64,000 nucleotides of DNA, taken from NCBI GenBank assembly GCA_964016885.1, contig OZ024740.1, forward strand, positions 381,300,001-381,364,000, given 5' to 3'. The notes beneath the pieces are model-generated. The model made no database searches, was not told the origin of the DNA, and saw only the letters and a program-made list of their open reading frames with translations. This DNA is from Eledone cirrhosa (lineage: Eukaryota). Shown in pieces: positions 1 through 13,889 of this stretch. The translations under genes were made by a program, and so were the position numbers. How positions within the stretch are numbered: the stretch's first letter is position 1; each line of letters opens with the position of its first letter.

Positions 1-436
1 CTTTATCATTTTGGGATTGATAAAGTAAGTTCCATTTAAACAATGGGATGGATATAATTGACTATTACCCATGTCTTTGTGTTTACATTAAAAATGACTA
101 TTACACTCAATACTAAATTAGTAAATAGAGAACAGGCATTAGATAGACAGACACTAACAGATGATGTAAAATTTTAATGTAGTACCTAAAAAATGTTTTG
201 AGTTCATCTTTTATCATGGATGTCATTAGTTTTTACCTCTCAAGAGTTGTTAACATAGATATCTGTAAAAAAACATAGATATCTGTAAAAAAACTGGAGT
301 CTCTACTTTGAGAAGTAATACATTGTTCTTCATGAACACATTTCTGTAGAGTAGATGCAAGTTCCTGGAAAAATAAGTTTCATTACCTAATTTGATTTGA
401 ATTCCTAGTTAGAGTAGTTTCAATTTACTTATACCA

Positions 437-585
437 ATAATTGTTTCTACATTTGGCACAAGGCCAGCAATTATCCCAGTGCATTACTGGTGCTTTATTT
501 TATTGACCCCGTAGGGATGAAAGGCAAAGTTAACCTCGGCGGGATTTGAACTTAGACCCTCTACTGATACTGCCAATCCACCAAT
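437..585 (-). mobile_element. SINE family 2 copy with internal deletion
   Basis: reverse complement of 52588-52775, lacking part of the head. Confidence 0.75.
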
Positions 586-1549
586 AATGCACTTAAGATA
601 GGCACAAGTATCACTCAACCTTGTTTATTATGCTGCAGAAGTCTAACAGTATTCCTACATCTAAAATCATGTTACACTCAACAATTGGAAGAAAAATACA
701 CAGTACATTAACCCTACAAAAAGCTTAGAATTATTGTTTATTTATTACAAAATAAAGGGATATCAGCTTAATGAATGGAAAATTATGAATTTTGTCTCAT
801 AAATTCCCTGTTAAATTTGCATGTAATGCAAAACTAGTCAATTAAAATTAATCAATTTAGTTTAACTCTTAACATGATTTAGCAGAAAATATGTAAAAAA
901 AAATTTCTCATAGAACGTTGTGAAAAGTTGCAGTAAAGACTTTATTTTTTAGTGTTGCATTATACACTTGAATAATGTTTTGTTAATGCAGTCTCATATG
1001 TTATAGGATGTTAAGAGTTCATACTTAAGAGATGTAATTTAAGGATGGTGTGCATTTCATTCGTTTTCTTTTCAATACTACAGTTACTTTGACATGATTT
1101 CTGTTCTCATTGGTTTCTGCAGCACTGTATGTGCTTCAAATAGTGTGACATGCTTGTTCAGCTGTGAATCCTACTTCTGAAGATTAATGGTTTCTTATAG
1201 GGCTGAGCAGAACTTTTCATGTCAGCTACTGAAGCTCTCATCAATTTTACAGTGCTACTTACTATTGCTTGCAGCAGAGAAATATATCAACTTGTAGTCC
1301 TTGCATAGAGCTAGATTAGTTCTGACCATAAAAAAGTTTTGATCACACAAACTTCATATAACACAAATCACCAACTGATTAATTTGTTGTTTGGTACCCC
1401 ACCAACTTGGCTAGCCTAGCAACTCTGCCTTTTTAATATTCTATACATTATATTGAATAATGGGTAAGTCAATTATAGTTTGTAACTTAGATCAATATCA
1501 TATGAAACTGAGTATTGATATATATATATCATCATCATCATCATCATAT

Positions 1550-1606
<57 letters not shown>

Positions 1607-1608
<2 letters not shown>

Positions 1609-3182
1609 CAAGACAGAGTACCCCGCTCCATTATCTGGTGAGCTCTTAGAAAACTAGGTGTTGATGAATGGCTTGTGAAAGCTATACAAGCCATGCATAA
1701 AGAAACAGTCAGCAAGGTTAGAATTAATAATGAACATTGTGAAGAGTTTAGCATAAAAGTTGGTGTTCATCAGGGCTCCGTCCTTAGCCCCCTACTATTT
1801 ATTATTGCCCTTCAGGCTATAACAGAGGAGTTCAAGATCAGCTGCCCATGGGAACTCCTATACACAGATGATCTAACGCTCATAGCTGAATCAATGGCTG
1901 AAATAGAGAAGAAATTCCAAACATGGAAGCATAGCCTAGAATCAAAAGGCCTTAAAATTAACCTGCCTAAGACTAAAGTTCTAGTTTGTAGGAAGGAAAA
2001 TAGGGCACTGGTCCCATCTGGGAAATGGCCATGCTCAGTGTGTAGGAAAGGAGTAGGCAGAAACTCCATTTTATGTCCCAAATGCAAAGTATGGGTGCAT
2101 AAAAGATGTAGTGGGATCACAGGTAAGCTAACTAAGAATATAGATTTTTATATGTGGCCGGTGCTCTGGTGCAATAAGTAGCAGCAAGTGCCCACAGGAT
2201 ACTAGCTCATTCCATTTCCCAGATGGTTCTATAGAAATAGTGGACACCTTCTGTTACCTGGGTGACAAAATCAGCAGTTGTGGAGGATGCTCTGAAAGTA
2301 CAGTAGCTAGAGTCAGAACGGGATGGAAAAAGTTCAGAGAGCTTATACCACTATTGGCCACTAAAGGGTTCTCTCTAAAAATGAAAGGCACGCTGTATGA
2401 TGCCTGCATACAAACAGCAATGTTACATGGCAGTGAGACCTGGGCATTATGTGCAGAGGATATATGCAGACTGGAGAGGAACGAAGCTTGCATGCTACGT
2501 TGGATGTGTAATAGTAATATACGTGAACGGCAAGGGGGAAATTAGGAATAAGAGCAATCAGATGTTTACTCGAGAGAAGACTACGTTGGTATGGTCTCGT
2601 GATGCACATGAAAGACGACAGCTGTATAAAAAAGTGCAGGCCGATAAAAATAGTAGGCAGACCCAGAAAAACCTGGGATGACTTGATAAATTCCAACCTT
2701 ACACACTTACACCTCTCCAAGACAATGTCACTGGGCCGAGATTTTTGGCGCTACACAGTAATACAGAAGACCCGCCTTGCCTAAGTACAAAGCGAAACCT
2801 ACACTCAGTAGGCACCTCTTAACAAAAAAAAAAATAAAATAAAATACACACCCGTCCCACTACCCCCACCCCATCCACACCACCCCTTTCGATGTAAAGT
2901 TATGTTGGTACTACAACATCCAGTCCGAAATAAATGAGGTCGTGTAGGTGTCACGACAAAAAAAACACAGTCCACGCTGTAATGTGGCCGTGTAGGTAAC
3001 ACGGTAAAAACTTCCCAGTCCACACTGTAAATGTGGTTGGTGTTAGGAAGGGCATCCAGCCGTAGAAAACCCGGCAGACAGTCCTATACGAGCAAGACAA
3101 CCAATCTTGCATCAAGTGCGAAAATTCCCATCCAAACCCATGCAGGCGTGGAAGCTGGACGTTAAACTATGATGATGATGAT
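1607..3182 (+). mobile_element. RTE LINE family A, 5'-truncated and frameshifted (RT, PHD finger, 3' UTR, (ATG)n tail)
   Basis: GVHQGSVLSPLLF, LLYTDDL, FCYLGD, RRLRWYG motifs; (gat)n tail; inserted in (TA)n. Confidence 0.93.
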
Positions 3183-3215
3183 TGCAAGCAGGGAAAAGCG
3201 GACGTATGATGATAA

Positions 3216-3254
<39 letters not shown>

Positions 3255-6226
3255 GTGTGTGTGTCAACTTAGCCTTTTATTGACAAAAGTGCCTGTCCTG
3301 TGGTGGGGGTGTATTCTTCACATCTCTTTATGGCTTCCTCTGTATCACTTTCTGGAAGAAATCACCTTTGTTCAGAACTGGAAAGGAGAGAGGATTCATA
3401 CCAGGTATAAAAATGTCCCAGACATGTGTATATCACAAAAACACCTATATGACCTCATAAGGAGATATAGGTTTATACATACATTTACCCTTAAGGATCA
3501 ATCTTTCAAAGAATCTTGAAACTTCACATGAACTAGACTTTACTTTTCAATAGTCAGCTACTTAGAGCACATTGTGCAAACAATCATCTTGAACTCCAGA
3601 ATTTTCTGATTCACTAATTATTCTTAATATCAACTGTATGCATATGCTTGTCTAATAATTTCACTTGTATTATATTTTTAAAATTATTTTTGAATTTAAC
3701 TGAGCTGCCCCTCCCCACACACACATAAAAATAAATAACCTGTTTATTAATGGACAAACGTATTTATTTTTATAAGTACATATACTTATGTACATGCTGG
3801 CACACACACATATTATACTTTGTTAAATAGCAGTGCTAGTGGCACAACAAAATGCACTTAATACACTGTTAATTGGTTGGCATTAGGAAGGGCATTCAGA
3901 CATAGAAATCATGCCAAAATATGGAATGTAGGAGCAAGATATAATTATTCAACTTGTCTAGTCTCAGATTCTACAACCCATCCAACCTAATCAAACCCAA
4001 GCCAGCACGGAATGCAAATTTAAAATGATGATGATGATGATACACATGCACACTCACTAAAGGCAGGCAAGCAGGTATAGCACAATTGGAGGAGTTTATA
4101 ATGATATATTGTTGCAAAAGAGTGATTTAACTCATTCAATGTATGGTACTGTGCCTCTTGATAAGACATATATTTGTTTGTATAACTTTGCATTGAATAT
4201 CACTTCACTTTTGCCCCATACATAAGTGGTAGGAAGCAATGAAATATTTAATAAACGAACTAAAATTTAAAAATCCATTTTATCCATTTTAACATATGCT
4301 TACAATAATTTGCATGTCATCAAAGCTACATGGCTATTTACAGGTCATAATTATTCAAGCAATTTGCCAGGCATGCTGTTAAGATAGCTGAATTCCTGAG
4401 TTTAATCTGAGTAGATTCTGTTTGATGCTTAATGCATTGCATTATTTTGCATTCCAAGTTTTTTAAAAATACATATAACCAACTAAAGTTGATAACTTAC
4501 ATAACCAGTAACATATTAACAATCTTTAATCAACTGTATCTTTATATAAAACTTGTGCCCAGCTATCCTCTTTCCAGCTTTCTGCACTCTCCTGCCCAGA
4601 TCAAGTTTGTTTTTTATCCTTTTGGGGTTGATAAAATAAGAACCAGGCTGGTACTATGTTTGATATAACTGGTTTGAAGGCACGTAGCTTTGTGGTTAGT
4701 GTATTTGGCTTGCAATAATAAGGTTGTGAGTTTGATTCCCAGCAGAGCCTTGTATATTTATCTACTAAGATTCCATCATAATTTTATGTAATATCTTTTT
4801 TCAGGTTATATTCAAAACACCAACTAAATAATTAAAGTTATTAATTTTACGAATTTTCTTTGAATTCTTGATTATTTAAAACAATTTAATCTTAAATTTA
4901 TAGGCAACATTTTCTTAGAAATTTGGTAATGAAAGAGTTAATGGAGCCAATATATATTTGGTGGATGTCTCCTGTCAACACAATCCAGTTTGATTCTTCC
5001 TTTTTAAATATGTAAAAGTGTACCTAGAAGTTTGATTATGATAATCCATCTTTCTATCAATTACTATCTTAGCTTAGTATTCTTGCAAATTGATAAACAT
5101 GCTTTCAGATGTCTCCCAAATGATTGTTGCAATATTCCCTATAGATTTAACAATTTTTATAAAAACTATAAATTGTAGTATGTGTTATGGGAGCGTACCT
5201 CTTTTTATTTTTTAAAAAATCTGATCTCCTATAACAGGTTCCCACATGTCATTCCCTAGCATCTTTTTGAAAGTAAATTCAGCTACACCAAATTCTTCTA
5301 GCATGGTATTCATTAAGACACTTGCTTAAGTGCCACACAGGGTGATCAAACTGACAACTGCATATTTGCAAAACTTCTTAACCATGCATCTTCTTAACAT
5401 TCTTAAGCAGGCTTGGACATTATTGATTTCATCATACAACACTCTGTGTAGAAATTTTGAGGAGTTGAACTATCAATGGTGATGGTGTCATTATATTTAT
5501 TACTGTACATGTGTAGTGTAATGAAGTTGTTTGACTAGTAGTAATTGATATCACCACTAGCCAAGAACTAGTGTTTTGCATTCACAGAAATTATTTAAGC
5601 CTCAACTCTGTAAACACTATTTTAATTAGCAACATTCAAGAAATTCCGTTATGGTTCTGACTACAGAAATTGCTAAAACAGCTAATTTGAGCTGTAGTTA
5701 ATTGTGAAATATGCAAAATCGTAAGTGCGATATTGTTTGTATTATGTGACACCTCTCATGACCTCAAAAGATAATGGAAAATATTCTGATAATCTAGATA
5801 GACTGGTAAGGTCCTCTAGTTAAATGATCAGCAAACTCTTTTAGTGTCCATCACTTGGCAATTAATCATTCAGTCAAATTATTGGGCTGAAGTTTGACAA
5901 AATTATGAATAAATTACGCATAAATATATTAGATGTTTCATTTATGAAAGCCTTGAACAAATATTACATATACATTCAGACATGTATGTATATGTAATAT
6001 ATATATGTGTACATGTGTATGGCAACATGCACATGGTTGTGTGCCCTTGTCTGAAGGCACACACCCATGTATATGCAAGCAAGTACACATTCATGCATAG
6101 ACACTATTAAGTGGAAGGAAAATACTACTATTATGAATGCACACACAGCACTACAGCATCATCAACATACACATATATAACGCTGTACATCATTCACACA
6201 CATACACATTCATATTAATTTGAATG

Positions 6227-6589
6227 ATTAAAATTTATAGTTTACAACATAACACCATTAAAATTTATAGTTTACAACATAACACCATTAAAATTTATAG
6301 TTTACAGCATATCGCCATTAAAATTTATAGTTTACAGCATAGCACCATTAAAATTTATAGTTTACAGCATAACGCCATTAAAATTTATAGTTTACAGCAT
6401 AACACCATTAAAATTTATAGTTTACAACATAACACCATTAAAATTTATAGTTTACAGCATACCACCATTAACATTTATAGTTTACAGCATAACACCATTA
6501 AAATTTATAGTTTACAGCATAACACCACTAAAATTTATAGTTTACAGCTTAACACCATTAAAATTTATAGTTTACAGCATAACACCATT
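6227..6589. repeat. 30-bp minisatellite x12 (ATTAAAATTTATAGTTTACAGCATAACACC)
   Basis: direct reading; produces the spurious IKIYSLQHNT ORF. Confidence 0.97.
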
Positions 6590-7487
6590 CCTAAATCTGA
6601 CCCAAACTGAAGTTATGAGCTAAATTATGTTGATTGTAATGGCTACTGAACTTTGGCATTAGGATATTTAAGATCCTATGTTAAGATTAATTGAGATTTT
6701 AAGCTCAGAATATTTAAGACCTTATGTCGAGGGTATTTCTTGGGTCACGTTGAGGGTACCTTGGGTCTTATAATATGTTGAGGTTGTTGTGGGTCTTATG
6801 CTGAGCCTGGCATGAGTCTTACACTGAGAGTACCTTGGATCTTACACTAAGGATGCTTTGGATCTTAAATGTTATACTATTTTAAACTTCATCAGCATGG
6901 TGACATCAAATCAATGGTACAATAATTTTGATAGGATACTGAAAGAAACCAATATAGATTTGCTCCCTTTATAGCGGATTTTCTCACACATTATAAAATG
7001 TGCATGCCACCCACCCCCAATTTCATTCTTCCAATTTATGTGTAAGTCTTCAGAAATCTTTTCCTGTGTTGTATCGTTCAACCACTTCCTTAGTGGTAAT
7101 CAAACAAAATATTATTAATGTGGATTGGCAGAGAGGTTAGTGTCGGACAAAATGCCATTTGATATTTGTTTGGGTTCTTTACATTCTTCGTTCAAATTCT
7201 GCTCAATTCAACTTTGACTTACACCCTTCTGAGGTCATAAAATTGAAGTACCAGTAAAGTACAGGAATAGATGTAATTAACCATATCCCTTGTGCTTAGG
7301 TTAATCATTATTGTTTTATTATCAGCTTCTTCACCTTTCTTTTCTCTTTTAATAAGTACAATGCAGTTAACTCCTGTAGTATGAGGTTTCACTACATTTG
7401 CTTTCAGTGCGTACAGTATTGTTTAAATTCCTTTCTCTATGTAAATTGTAAATGTACACTTTCCATATATATATATATATATATATA

Positions 7488-7514
7488 TCATTATCTATAA
7501 AAGGCAGATTGTTG

Positions 7515-7547
<33 letters not shown>

Positions 7548-8667
7548 TGCGTGCGTGCGTGTGTGTGCACGTTCCATGTTTATACATTTGCACAATTTCA
7601 AACCGATTCGACTCAAAGTCTGAAAGAATGTTGTAAATGGTCTAAGGTCATCGACTATTTATTTCATTCAAATTCACCAACAATTACGGAAATAATCGAT
7701 AAAACTAAATACATGACGCTTTACCCCTCTAATACAATCAGATTACCTCTCTCTATTCCCCTTAAACTTTGAGAGAGAGAGGGAGAGAGAGAACGTTTGT
7801 TTTTGAGTGTGGAACGGTCAAACATTTATTTACTTCAATGACAAAGAGAACTTATTACATTTCATACGAAACAACAATTATTCAAAAGCAACAGATAAAT
7901 TTATTCAACAACAAAAAAAATAGCGATAAATCTTTTTTAAAACATCTATCAACGAACGCGGAAGAAAGAAGTATCAGTTCATTTACTATACACAATACTA
8001 TCCTCTATGAGGTCACTAAACCTGCTAGAAACAGCAGCTAACTCTGCTAGAAACAGCAGCTAACTCTCCCCCATATCACACTACTCCCTATTGTCTTAAA
8101 TTTAAAAAACATATCCTCTATGAGGTCACTAAACCTGTTAGAAACAGCAGCTAACTCTCCTCCATATTCAAAAGCAACAGATAAATTTATTCAAAAAAAA
8201 ATAGCGATGAATCTTTTTTAAAACATCTATCAACGAACGTGGAAGAAAGAAGTATAAGTTCATTTACTATACACAATAATATCCTCTATGTGGTCACTAA
8301 ACCTGTAGAAACAGCAGCTAACTCTCCCCCATATCACACCCCTCCCTACTGTCTTAAATTTAGAAAACGCACATTAGACAACCATGCAGAACAACTCCAT
8401 CGCAGCTCTCTTGTTCGGCTGGCATTGTCTACGCGCGTGTTGTGCAAGTACTGTGAAACAATAAATTTCAACACTTCTTTGCACAGAGATAATATCCATA
8501 GGCGAAACTACAATTGTCACTGCTGGCGCAGATCCTGCTTCGGCAGTCCAAGTCTGCAATTCATTCACCCAGTGCCTGGCAGATAAAAAGGTGCTGCCAT
8601 AAAATGGGTGGTGCAACCTAACTTTGGTAACTTACTGACCCCGAGCAACGGCGGGCTTTAATGCTAG
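7488..8667 (+). mobile_element. Non-autonomous Helitron
   Basis: 3' hairpin CCCGAGCAACGGCGGG (8640-8655) then CTAG|T at 8664-8668; 5' A|TC...ATAAAAGGCAG followed by a (GT)n tract; internal triplicated segment 7880-8400; 5' end may be 7494. Confidence 0.7.
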
Positions 8668-9200
8668 TATAATATAAAACGAAAAATCAGTGATGCATCT
8701 GAACTCAATTTATTGGGTTACAATTGTTTCGCCGGCGGACAGCTCGAGACGCGATCATTGTGTGGATCTGTCTGATTCTGGATCTGCAAGTTCGACAGAC
8801 ACGTCTAATGATTTCGGAACAAATTCCTTCACTGGGGTGTTAGCGTCAAAAACATCCTCTTCAAGCGTCCTGTTATTGGCTGCTGCTTTTCTACGTCATC
8901 GTAAATCTGACCAACAGATGTGAATTATACTGACCATCAGCTGTTCCTTTCTGCCACACCCCGATGAATTACTACTGGGTTTGGTAGTTCACAGGTCCAC
9001 GCACGCACTCTCACACATATATACACACACACACACACAATCACATAGATAACAACATCCGTACGCATAGACTCCCGCTATACACACACACTTAAGAACA
9101 AAAAAACCATAGACATATGCATACACAGATGCCTGCCTACATGCCCATATACAGGCACAGATACAGACTCGCTCACAAACACACATATATATATATACAT
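8668..9200 (-). repeat. Left arm of an old inverted repeat (partner about 20400-20860), pLTR-like
   Basis: reverse complement of 20400-20860 at roughly 90% identity by eye. Confidence 0.9.
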
Positions 9201-9210
9201 ATATATATAT

Positions 9211-12200
9211 ATCATCATCATCATCGTTTAACGTCCATGTTCCACGCTTGCATGGGTTTGGACGGGAGTTTTCCCACTTGAGGCAAGAGTGGTTGTCTTG
9301 CTCGCATAGGACTGTCTGGCGGGTTTTCTACAGCTGGATGCCCTTCCTAACACCAACCACATTTCCAGTGTGGGACTGGGAGGTTTTTACCGTGTTGCCT
9401 ACACGGCCACATTACAGCGTGGACTGTGTTTTTTTGTCGTGACACCTACACGATCTCATTTGTTTCGGCCTGGATATTGTGGCACCAACATAACTTTACA
9501 TTGAAAGGGGTGGTGTGAATGGGGTGGGGGTGGTGGGAAGGGGGTGTATTTTGTTAGAGATGCCTACTGACTGTAGTAGGTTTTACTTTGTATTTAGGTA
9601 AGGCGGGTCTTCTCTATTACTGAGTACCGCCAAAGATCTCGGTCCAGTGACATTGTCTTGGAGAGGTGTGTGTGAGGTCGGAATTTATCAGGTCGTCCCA
9701 GGTTTTTCTGGGTCTGCCTACTCCATGGCTACCGTCTATCTTTATTGCCCTGCACTTTTTTATACAGCTGTCGTCTTTCATGCGCATCACGTGACCATAC
9801 CAACGTAGCCTTCTCTCGAGTAAACAACATCTGATCCCTCTTATTTCTAATTTTTTCCTTAGTTTGCTTATGCTTTACCGTTCACGTATATTACTATTAC
9901 ACATCCAGTAGAGCATGCAAGCTTCGTTCCTCTCTAGTCTGCGTATATCCTCTGCACACAAAGCCCAGGTCTCACTGCCATGCAACATAGTTGTTCGTAT
10001 GCAGGCATCATACAGCCTGCCTTTCATTTTTAGGGAGAACCCTTTAGCGGCTAATAGTGGTATAAGCTCTCTGAACTTATTGCACCAGAGCACCGGCCAC
10101 ATGTAAAATCTATGTTCTTAGTTAGCTTACCTGTGATCCCACTACATCTTTTATGTACCCATACTTTGCATTTGGGACATCAAATGGAGTTTCTACCTAC
10201 GCCTTTTCTACACACTGAGCATGGCCATTTCCCGGAAGGGACCCGAGCCTTATTTTCTTTCCTACAAACTAGAACTTTAGTCTTAGCCAGATTAATTTTA
10301 AGGCCTTTTTATTCTAGGCCGTGCTTCCATGTTTGGAATTTCTTCTCTAGCTCGGCCATTGATTCAGCTATGAGCGTTAGATCATCTGCGTATAGGAGTT
10401 CCCATGGGCAGCCGGTCTTGAACTCCACTGTTATAGCCTGAAGGGCAATAATAAATAGTAGGGGGCTAAGAACAGAGCCCTGATGAACACCAACTTTTAC
10501 GCTAAACTCTTCACTATATTCGTTGTTAATTCTAACCTTGCTGACTGTTTCTTTATACATGGCTTGTGTAGCTCTCACAAGCCATTCATCAACACCTAGT
10601 TTTCTAAGAGGCCACCAGATAATGGAACGGGGGACTCTGTCGAAGGCTTTCTCCAAGTCGACAAAAGCTAAGTATAGGGGTTTACTTTTAGCTAGGTACT
10701 TTCCTGTAGTTGTCGTACAATGAAAAGAGCGTCAGTGGTACTTTTGCCTGACACAAACCCGAACTGCATTTCATCTAGATCAATTCTCTCTCTGATTAGT
10801 TGCGCTATTACTTTTTCCGTGACCTTCATGACCTGGTCGATTAATTTAATGCCTCTATAGTTACTCCTATCTAGGGCGTCTCCTTTACCCTTGTAGCAGT
10901 TAATGATGATGATGCTGCTACGCCAGCCCTTCGGAACAACCCCATTCTGTATGACTTGGTTTACTATCCGGGTGACCATGGTGTGTCCCACCGTTCCAGA
11001 GGCTTCCAGCATCTCAGCAACTATTTCCGAAGGCCCAGCCGCCTTACCCGTCTTTATATCTTTGATTGCCTTACTTATTATACTACCTTCGACTAACACT
11101 GCTGGTCCCTCTATTGGGTCGATGTGGGGGAGACTGTCTTTCTCCCATTTATTCTCCTCATTTAGTAGCCTTTCGTAGTGACACTTCCAAGCTACCTTCT
11201 TATCAGCGTCAGTGATGGCAAGTACGCCATCATCATTAAGTACACACTTCTCCCCGACAATATCACGGTTTTCCTTGACACATTGCCTAGCAATCCTGAA
11301 CACCTCACGTTTTTGGTCCTCGCGTTGTAGAACATGCTTGAACTTTCTTTCCTCTGCTTCCCTTCTTGCGAAGTACACTTGTCTCCTAGCTTCCCTCCTG
11401 GCCACTTGATAGTCTTCTCTACTTCCCCCATCCCGCCATACTTTCCAAGTCTGCTTTTTGGCCTTAATTGACTCATCCACCTTACTGTTCCACCACCATG
11501 TTACTCTCCTCCTGCCTACAGGCCTGCTCCAGCCACAGACTTTGTTCGCCGCCATCAGCAGGTTTGCTTTCAGGAATTCCCACTGTTCCTCTATATTGTA
11601 TGACTCTAATTGCTCTTCCTTACTGTCGAAAGCATCAAGTAATATGCTTTTAAATTTATTTCTGGCTGTGGGGTCCTTTAGCTTCCATATTTTTCTCCTG
11701 AGGATAGTCCTCTTCTGCTGTCTAGTACGTCTCGTCCTGACTATGAGGTCGATAATTATCAGTCTATGTTGGGAGGTGCATTCTTCATGGGGGGAGGGAT
11801 TTAGTGTTTACAACAGACACTCTGTCACGTTTTCTGGTAAGGATATAATCTACCTGGCTGGTATGTTCCCCTGATCTGTAGGTGATCAAGTGATTGTGTC
11901 GTTTTTTGACAGATAGTTAGGTTATTTGCATCACAGAATTCCAGGATTCTGGAGCCTTCCTTGTTTCTAGTACCAAACCCATAGCCTCCCTGGATTCCGT
12001 CATAGCCGTCACAATGTTGTCCAACGTGGCCATTTAGGTCGCCAGCAATAATTATATAGTCACTGTCGGTTATTTGGGAGGTAGTGAGCATCAGTGTCTC
12101 ATAGAATCTGTCTATTATAGCGCCAGGCAGTCCGGATTGGGGCGCGTATGCAGATATTACTGTCACAGTAGTTCTATTTAGAACAAGTCTTATTTTAATT

Positions 12201-13107
12201 ATTCTGTCATTCACTCTATTTACATCTATTATCTTATCCACCCATTTTTCTGCTAACATGATTCCTACCCCACCTATCCCATTGTCATTTCCCACCCAGA
12301 AAAGCTTATAGCAACATTTTTTACCCACAATGAACCTAGCAGACCCGCCCCTCCACCTGGTCTCTTGGATAAAGCAAACATCAACCTCCTTACGTTCAAG
12401 CATTTCTACAACCTCGTTAGAGCGGCCTTTTAAGGTGCCTACATTCATGGTACCAACTCTGAAGTTTGGGATTGTGTTTGGGGGATGGGGTTGGGGTTAT
12501 GTTGGCCATCCGCGGCCGAAACAAAGAGGAGGGGGCCTTGCCCTTTCGTCCGGCGCCATGAGGTAAATTTGTCGTTATCTTTGGCATTGTCATCGAGTAT
12601 CCAAATTCTTCAGACTCTCCAGAAATTCCTTAGTCTATCCATCATATCGAAAAGCAGCCAGAAGTGATAGCATAGGCCGTTGACTTGTGATTGGTCCAAA
12701 TAATAAAGGTGGAGAGTTGGGGCGGGAGGGAGGGGTATGGGGTAGTTAGCAAAGAGAAGATTATTTAGAACAGTGAGACAGAATTATAGGATAGCAAAGA
12801 GGAGATTATTTAGAACAGTGAAAAATGGCATTTACATTATACTTCGTAGGGAACGACGAGGTCTGACCATTAATAAGCGTTGACAAATTCTGAGATTCGT
12901 ACCTCGTAACAGGTTTATTTATATTTGGTGAGAGAAGGGAGTGATTGAAAGGGTGAACTAGCCGGCGCGTAATACGATATAGTGGGGCCGGGGGTAAAGA
13001 ATAAGAGGGACAATGAGGCCATTTTATAAATCCTAGAATTTTTCGGCCAAAATTAAACAAACAAGATTGTTATTTTAGAAAAAAAATGGGGTAGTTAGCG
13101 AGAGGGA
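9211..13107 (-). mobile_element. RTE LINE family A, near full length (5' UTR, APE endonuclease, RT, PHD), disabled by stops, frameshifts and a 154-bp deletion
   Basis: VGTMNVGTL, IQETRW, SAYAPQ, AGDLNGHVG (APE); NYRGIKL, QFGF, AFDRVPR, YADD (RT); (atc)n tail at 9211-9224; probable start ATG at 12559. Confidence 0.95.
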
Positions 13108-13164
13108 TATATATATATATATACGATATTAAATAAATGGAAACTATATTTATAAAACCATATT

Positions 13165-13230
13165 TATTTCATTATATATATTTCAGGGATATCATATTAA
13201 AAATATGGTATGCCTTCTTCAGACAAAATA
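13165..13230 (-). ncRNA. Minimal type I hammerhead motif, mirror copy
   Basis: exact reverse complement of 14947-15012. Confidence 0.8.
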
Positions 13231-13479
13231 CAATATAAACAGTCTTATAAATAGATAGATTTGACATACCTTTCAACTTCAACTTCCATTTAAAAAGTTG
13301 ATTTGGTAGTGAAAAATGTTAGGGACAGTTATAAAAAGAAAGAAAGAAAAAAAGCGAAGAAAAAGAAGAAATGCATGCAACTAAATAGAGAGAGATAGAT
13401 ATAGAGAGATAGATAGAGAGAAGAAATTCATGTAAAGAAACAGAGAGAGATATATAGAGAGAGGAAAAAAACACAGAGG

Positions 13480-13530
<51 letters not shown>

Positions 13531-13889
13531 AAAAAATAGAGAGATATAGATAGAGATACAGAGAAAGAAAATAGGTAGTTGGGCACCAGTTGAATGACGT
13601 ATCAATGATATATTTATTTATTTATTTATTTATTTAGTTCTAGTATTAAGGTAGAGAGAGATATATGTGGTTAGGAGAGAAAACAGCCGTTACATAGAGA
13701 GAAAAGAAAATATCCAGACATAAACGAGGCAGATTTAAAACATTATGTTTCATCAATGTAAAAATATCAATTCGTATGAATTAGGTATTATAATGTAAAT
13801 ATCAGTATTCATGAATGAGACACGTATCAATAATGTGTGAAAAATAATGATCATATGTCTAGTTTAAAATTCCTAGGTTTATATCAGAG

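Noticed and set aside
6224-6610. ORF of IKIYSLQHNT repeats
   Set aside because: In-frame reading of a 30-bp minisatellite; no splice or domain support
9211-10150. RTE co-duplicated as part of a single 12-kb inverted duplication
   Set aside because: Diagnostic 3' variants place the two RTE copies in different subfamilies; gene conversion not excluded
12450-13107. HDV-like ribozyme in the RTE 5' UTR
   Set aside because: Known for some RTEs, but I could not assemble the nested double pseudoknot by eye; needs an RNArobo/Infernal search
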